Origin: Octopus sinensis
Taxonomy: Eukaryota
Direction of reading: 5' to 3'
Length of the DNA stretch: 64,000 bases
Assembly: GCF_006345805.1 (NCBI RefSeq)
Contig: NC_042997.1
Span: 77,624,001 to 77,688,000, forward strand
A program made the position numbers and the translations under genes. This document shows, piece by piece, positions 59,085 to 64,000 of the stretch. The notes beneath the pieces were generated by a model. It did not search any database, was not told the origin of the DNA, and was given only the letters and a program-made list of their open reading frames with translations. How positions within the stretch are numbered: the first letter of the stretch is position 1; every line of letters begins with the position of its first letter.

Positions 59085-60506
59085 AAAGTTTATGAAACTT
59101 TGCAACTATTTGCATTATCTTCTTCCTTTGGCTTTGCTTGTTGTAATTTTACTAATTTCCATTTCTCTTTGATATTTCCAAATAATCTTATTCTTCTGTA
59201 TGATTTTCCCTCTCTCTTACTTGGAATGAAGTGGTAAATGCTACCTTGAAGATGCTGCGTCATATGGAGATGACAAAGGACTACATTTGGTGCTGTAAAA
59301 AGCTCACCCACCCATAACAATACTCATAACAAAAAGTTAGTGTTTAGAAACTGCAATGTTTGTATTTGTGGTATTTGTCCTGATTTTCTCTCCTCTGAGT
59401 TCAAATTGCACTGAGATCAATTAAGGCTTTCATCCCTTTCATGTTGATAAAGGAACAATATAGGGCAGTGGGTTGATAGACTTATTAGAACATCAGGCAG
59501 TATGTTCTGGCTCTGTGCATTGTGAATTCAAATGCCACCTCCTGTTACTGGGGGAAAAAGACGAAGGGAAAATAAATAGTGACACTTGTATAAGGATTTG
59601 CATCTGACAGATCGTATCAGCAATGGAAACTTTCCTCAGTTTGATCAGAAAATAAGCTGCTACCTCCACACAACACCATAGAAAAAAATGTAACTAAATG
59701 AATATAATTTAAAAGTTAAATAAATATATATTTTGTCCTAAATAAATTATATACAGATATATTCTGGGACTAAAGTGTTTTGCACAAGATCAATGTATTA
59801 GCAACAATGCAGATAGAAAGTTGAATTTTGAAGGACAGATTAGATGCATTTGATTCATTATGAGTAGTTAGCTTCCTGTTTTTTTGTTTTTTTTACCTAA
59901 ATCAGTAGACAGTTGTCAGACAACTTTCAAGCAAAACAATAATCTATAAAAATTAAAAACGAAATGTTGCTGTAAACTTCCCTTCATTAGATTTGTCATA
60001 TTTAATTGTAGTTAATCTCACTAAAAACAAATTTTTGTGTTAATAACCTTGTTTAATAAGGAGATTATCTCTTCTTCAGCCAATCTAAAACTAAAATCAG
60101 AGACAGACACACGAATTAATGACAAAAATGTATGTATATATTTGTTGATTTCTTAAACTGAGGTCAATATTACATAGATGAAACTCTACCTACTGTTTAA
60201 AACAGGTTGAATTCTATTTTTAATAATTGGCTTCCCTTTTGAAATCACCCTTTATCATCACTTTTTGAAAGTTTATGAAACTTTGCAAGTATTTGCATTA
60301 TCTTCTTCCTTTGGCTTTCCCAATAATCTTATTCTTCAGTATGATTTTTCCTCTCACTTACTTGGAATGAAGTGGTAAATGCTACCTTGAAGATGCTGTG
60401 TCATATGAAGGAGATGACAAAGGACTACATTTGGTGCTGTAAAAAGCTCACCCACCAATAACAATACTCTAACAAAAAGTAAGTGTTTAGAAACTGTAAT
60501 GTTTGT
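59085..60506. repeat. Local direct duplication: 59085-59363 and 60268-60506
   Basis: Directly alignable; the second copy lacks about 40 bp and has a 3-nt insertion. Confidence 0.92.
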
Positions 60507-61771
60507 CCCAGTTAGGCCTAGATTTGATGCACCCTCACTCACCTTACATCCTTGACACTCACACCTAGCTACCTTTCAATGCCTTTCTTGCTGATAGTCT
60601 TCCAAAATTTGTCTCACCTTCCCAAAATTTATGTTGACCACATCATCCTCATCAAGACTCACTTGCCCTTCAGCAAACCTAAATTTAAGAGGTGGCATTA
60701 GGCCACCATCATCTCCCACTCCAATACACTCTAACTTCACCATACTGTGCTGCTAGCAACCACTCTCCTCTGAGCTACCTCTTTTGCTACGCCTCCATAC
60801 ACTTGCCTATCTCGTCACCTACCTTAGTTCACTTGCTTTTTCCCAGCCCTTCCTCTTTTCTTGAACACCTCTACATGTCCCTGTTTTCTTTCTTTCATAG
60901 TCTTGTTCTCTACACCATCACACTTCTACCCACCCTGGTCCTTCTAAAGTCATAATTCTTTCTCTTCAATTCCCCTTCTCAGTCACCAGTATAAATGCAC
61001 ACACCTGAATTTATTGAGTACTCTGTGTACCTACACTTACTCCCCTATCCTCATCTCTCTAATAACCATTTCTAGCCTTTCTGTCATCATTGTTCCTGCT
61101 TCAAATTTATGTTTACTGTGTACACGGCCCCACCACCTCTGCTAACATTGTAAAGTAGTTGGCTAAATGAACAGAGAAAGTATAAGTTTATAAGGTCCCT
61201 TTAGTCTTACCAAAGACTATTCAATCTCTCTAATATTCGTGTCATGAGTAAATGCAGCCAATACAATCTATAAAAGTGGTTGATATTAGGAAAAGCATCC
61301 AGCTGTAGAAATCAAGCCAAAAGACACATATGAACACCTAGTCTTTGGAGCTGTTGCTTCCACTGGGAAGCAACTTGGATCGTAATGACTCATTCATCCC
61401 ATACCAGCATAGAAAGCAAATGTAAATTGATGATAATGATAGTTTCATTTACCTCAATATTTGCAAGAAAATAAAATCAATGATCAAGTAATTCTATTAT
61501 AAATAAATCAAACAATTTCATTATATTTTATTTAAAACAGGCAATATCATGCCTAGGTAGGTGAATAGTATTAAACTCAAGGTTATAAGTTTCCCACCTC
61601 TAAAGCTATATGCAACCTCTGATACCTTTAAGTATGGCCTTCTAGAAGTAATCTGGATTTTACATAAATGATACACAGTATTATATTTATGATAATGTTC
61701 TTAAATTGTCACAAATTGTCTATAAAAGAATAAGCACATAATAACTTCATTCATCAATTTTTATGATCTTA

Positions 61772-62268
61772 CTAGCAGTATCGCCCGGTGTTGCTCGGGT
61801 TTGTAAGGGAAATAACTATATAAGCATTTTTAGTGAGTTATAGCAAAAAAATGCATTAAAAATGGAATAAAAAATGATGGTAATTTTGGTGTCTTCAAGC
61901 CATGAAGTCGTTCTAAAAGAACGCTGGTCTCCTTGACAATACTTTACGACGTTGATTTCCTTACACTCCCTTCCCCACAGCTTCACGAGGGAGGGAAGAA
62001 GGGGGAGAAGCAAACAGGTGCAGGTGTGAGCGTGGACGCCAACTCCGCCGCCATCGACACGAAAAAATATGCATTAAAATGGAATAAAAAATGATGTTAA
62101 ATTATTTTAAAAATCGTAGACTCATGCTAATACCCAGACGGGCTCGATATGAATCATGACTATAAGATACCCGAATTTGGTTAAACTGCACTGCAAAATG
62201 TGGGAGTAGTTAGGAATCTAAATCGAAGGGGACAGACACTCACACAACTACAGTTTTATATATATAGA
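61772..62268 (-). mobile_element. Non-autonomous Helitron, young
   Basis: Minus 5'-TCTATATAT...CCCGAGCAACACCGGG-CGATACTG-CTAG-3'; A|T target (61771/62269). Confidence 0.85.
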
Positions 62269-62986
62269 TTTCCACCATATTATATATGTATAAAGCAGGA
62301 GTCAAACACCTTTTGAAACAATCATTTTTAACACTTCCTATTCTAATTTTCGTAAATCCTAATAATAAATAATAATTTTTGTATACACACAAAACCTATT
62401 TATTTTGTAATTTTCAATGTCTATTCATAGAGTAGTTTATTTGTAAACTGGTGGAAATGCAGTTACAAATAGAAAAATTACTCAGTGAAACTAAACGGCT
62501 GAAATAAGACCAGAAAATTTGAATTCTTTAGCAGTTGTCACTACCTAATAGTAATGAATAGTTAGGTGCATGGCAATAGGACAAACTACAACAGGAATTG
62601 ATCAAAATTTCTAATCTACAAATAGAAGGAATAGAAAATGGAAAGTGATGGTAATAAATCTTTTCCTGCTTGAAAATATTATTGACTTTCAAACATTTTG
62701 AAACAGCAGAGGAGAAAAGAAAGCAACTCAAATTCCAGAATATGAGTTCTAAGATAAAAGAGAAATTTCTATCACATGAATACTGCCTTTGCTATTGAAT
62801 AAATAATTCTGGTTGTATCAAGAATTCCAAATAAAAGTCAACTAAGAATGTCGTTGGCATTTATTTTATCATCCATTAAAATCAAACTCAACAAGATTTG
62901 CTTTCTCAACTGTAATCAATCTCACTGTTCTTTGATAATTTAGAGTGGTATTCTACTACTAAAATGGTTAACTTTACTTTCAAACA

Positions 62987-63289
62987 TTTGTAAGGGAAAT
63001 AACTATATAAGCATTTTTAGTGAGTTATAGCAAAAAAATGCATTAAAAATGGAATAAAAAATGATGGTAATTTTGGTGTCTTCAAGCCATGAAGTCGTTG
63101 TTCTAAAAGAACGCTGGTCTCCTTGACAATGCTTTACGACGTTGATTTCCTTACACTCCCTTCCCCACAGCTTCACGAGGGAGGGAAGAAGGGGGAGAAG
63201 CAAACAGGTGCAGGTGTGAGCGTGGACGCCAACTCCGCCGCCATCGACACGAAAAAATATGCATTAAAATGGAATAAAAAATGATGTTA
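62987..63289 (-). repeat. Terminus-less near-identical copy of Helitron interior (61800-62099)
   Basis: Only a 3-nt indel and one substitution seen between the copies. Confidence 0.9.
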
Positions 63290-64000
63290 TCTTTGAAATG
63301 ATCCTATCTTTGAAAGGATCATCAAAAGGCTCTTCTAAGAAATCCAACAAGAAATGACTAATGCTTCTTCTCTCTGACCATTACATGAACCTGAAGGTAT
63401 AGTCTAACAATGACCAAGTGTATTGATGATTAAGTATTTATAGTGAAAAGCTGCAGGACTGAAGATTCAAGATTAGTTTCAGCATGCCATTCAATTGTAC
63501 ATTTAAATTTTTCTTAATGATACAAATTTTAATTTTGAATAGATAGGAAAAAAATTTCTTGTAACACATATACAAAAATGCACTTTACAAACATTTTTCT
63601 TTTGAATATAAAAAGGGAACAACTTTAAACAATGTCTCACGACAAATTCTAAATAATTAACAACCCAGAATTCAGTCAATTTAAACAATTTATTTTCCAC
63701 AAAAATGTTTTCTTCTTTATATAATTGAATTGTTTTTCCAGCCAGTGTTTGGACTAACTGGAAATTATAATTTAAAAAAAAAAATTTTATTAATAATTAT
63801 AAAGACATTTACATGAATTTACAACATTTTCAAGCACAGAAATGGTTTCAAAATATCACAGTAAGAAAAGGATGGATAGGCAGATGGGTAACAAATGATT
63901 TCTTTCATTCTCTTTTAGATTTCATAACAATAATTAATGGGATTCTTCAATTAAGCTTGTCATTTGTATCATTAAACAAGACAAGTTTTTCCATACCACT

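Noticed and set aside
63297-63390. Minus-strand exon-like stretch (ccttcag acceptor; ...LLDFLEEPFDDPFKDRII)
   Set aside because: Stops in all three frames from the acceptor and no donor before the Helitron-derived segment.

Overview
AT-rich, repeat-dense animal genomic DNA. The SINE/RTE families and microsatellites resemble those of octopod cephalopods (inference, not a database hit). The main feature is a complete plus-strand USP53/USP54-family (echinus-like) deubiquitinase gene. I reconstructed 17 phase-consistent coding exons (9058-49118, 1687 aa) with an intact Cys/His/Asp triad, a MIT-like helical segment, long Ser-rich linkers and a C-terminal CxxC-x11-CxxC motif. One intron most plausibly uses a GC donor. 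The window opens inside an uninterrupted APE+RT LINE ORF. It also holds dead piggyBac and mariner copies, several RTE fragments, a decayed R4-like retroelement, three non-autonomous Helitrons, a MITE and many tRNA-type SINEs. The most interesting signals are: a 23-nt microexon that could give a catalytic-Cys-less isoform; a candidate USP-domain-only terminal exon; an LRRC45-like pseudogene fragment; a tandemly duplicated frame-preserving exon-like cassette on the minus strand; and a relic hammerhead-ribozyme motif. I found no prokaryotic-type system (CRISPR, rRNA or tRNA genes). All isoform claims are hypotheses until checked against RNA data.
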